This document shows, piece by piece, positions 61,219-61,868 of a stretch of 61,868 nt of DNA. A program made the position numbers and the translations under genes. How positions within the stretch are numbered: position 1 is the first letter of the stretch; each line of letters opens with the position of its first letter. The notes under the pieces are model-generated. The model did no database searches and was not told the origin of the DNA. It worked only from the letters and a program-made list of their open reading frames with translations. The DNA is from Candidatus Saccharimonadales bacterium. GTDB taxonomy: Bacteria > Patescibacteriota > Saccharimonadia > Saccharimonadales > JAGPDM01. The stretch is from positions 1-61,868 of the forward strand of contig JBGAVT010000004.1 of assembly GCA_044227985.1 (NCBI GenBank), read 5' to 3'.

Positions 61219-61868
61219 TGCCCCGAATCAAATTTCCTCGACGTTTGAAGCCAGGATCAGTAGTTCGGGTTGTAGCACCAAGCGATCCATTGACGAAGCT
61301 TAGCAAACTAGAAATATCGACAAGTGAGCAATATTTGTGTTCACTTGGTCTCGAGGTGGAGTATGGCAATTCGGCGAAAATAGGTGATCAGTCAATTGCC
61401 GGTCGTTGTCGTGATTTATACGAAGCATTTGCAGATCCAAAGGTGGGATTAGTCTTGGCTGCTGCTGGTGGGTATATTGAAAGTGAATTAGTGGCAGCTT
61501 TAAAATTTAAGAAGCTTCGAGGTGATAAAAAGTTTTTTTGTGGCTATTCAGATAATACGGTTTTAGTTGCGACAATACATAAAGCGCTTAACATCTCAAC
61601 ATTGTACGGCCCTAATTTTTCTAGTTTCTCCCAAGCCGAAGGAAGTGATTATACGCGCAAGTATTTCGAAAAAATTATTTTCTCCACGCACTCTTTTTCT
61701 ATCGATCCTTCACTTATATGGTTTGATAAAACATATAAGGACAACGACGTGAGTGTTACTAGTCATAAAAATCTAGGTTGGAAAAGTCTAGGTGCCGAGG
61801 CTACAGTTGAAGGTCAGTTAGTCATTGGTCATTTTGGTTCATTGTTAAATTTGGCAGCGGTTAACGTC
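61218..61868 (+). CDS. LD-carboxypeptidase (peptidase S66, LdcA/MccF-like), 3' end cut by window edge
   Basis: Hand-read from ATG 61218 (TAATG overlap): MPRIKFPRRLKPGSVVRVVAPSD... Has GYSDNT, the nucleophile Ser context. The frame stays open to the window end. Confidence 0.7.
   Translation, partial: MPRIKFPRRLKPGSVVRVVAPSDPLTKLSKLEISTSEQYLCSLGLEVEYGNSAKIGDQSIAGRCRDLYEAFADPKVGLVLAAAGGYIESELVAALKFKKLRGDKKFFCGYSDNTVLVATIHKALNISTLYGPNFSSFSQAEGSDYTRKYFEKIIFSTHSFSIDPSLIWFDKTYKDNDVSVTSHKNLGWKSLGAEATVEGQLVIGHFGSLLNLAAVNV

Noticed and set aside
1-61868. Alternative genetic code (UGA recoding), as in some candidate phyla
   Set aside because: Conserved genes terminate cleanly at TGA (for example 20484-20486, 39762-39764 and 41062-41064). 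No conserved gene is interrupted by in-frame TGA, so the standard code fits.
1-61868. CRISPR arrays, IS elements, integrases, prophage genes, rRNA
   Set aside because: I saw no short regularly spaced repeats, no transposase, integrase or terminase-like ORFs, and no rRNA-like sequence while reading both strands.

Overview
This 61.9 kb window is gene-dense and AT-leaning. I call about 58 protein genes and one tRNA (Ser-CGA). I saw no rRNA, CRISPR array, transposase, integrase or obvious phage genes. The standard genetic code fits, because long conserved ORFs end in TGA.

Housekeeping and metabolic genes:
- tsaD, valS, pheS/pheT, a HIT protein, FKBP, msrB, prs and purF.
- A divergent PurM-like protein.
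- ilvB, a short ilvN, and a long class II ilvC.
- A second AlsS-like TPP enzyme, an aldehyde dehydrogenase, Bcp, an FMN reductase, an SDR, a CN-hydrolase and NAD(P)HX dehydratase.
- An aquaporin and a heterodimeric ABC exporter pair.

The envelope genes indicate a monoderm (Gram-positive-type) wall:
- A MurE-like ligase, two FemAB genes and an S66 LD-carboxypeptidase.
- Two large surface proteins with LPXTG-like sorting signals (LAKTG, IPKTG).
- A cutinase-plus-PKD anchored protein.

The compact layout would suit a Patescibacteria/Saccharibacteria-like organism. That is only an inference without a database search.

Most interesting observations:
1. A six-gene, same-strand orphan locus (48.35-56.03 kb) with no family I recognise. 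It is driven by three copies of one promoter cassette (ATTGACAAATAT-N9-TGCTAT). It contains two paralogous small acidic proteins, each trailing a large protein, and recent intragenic duplications.
2. A recurrent leaderless architecture (-10 hexamer, 6-8 nt, start codon, no Shine-Dalgarno) at 14 genes. This also corrects several start codons.
3. pheS and pheT are split by two translationally coupled hydrolase genes.
4. A 486 bp structured non-coding gap with a GC-rich core lies at 46.5-47.0 kb.
5. An M48-like pseudoprotease and a long (class II) KARI.

All functional calls come from motif recognition by eye. No searches were run.
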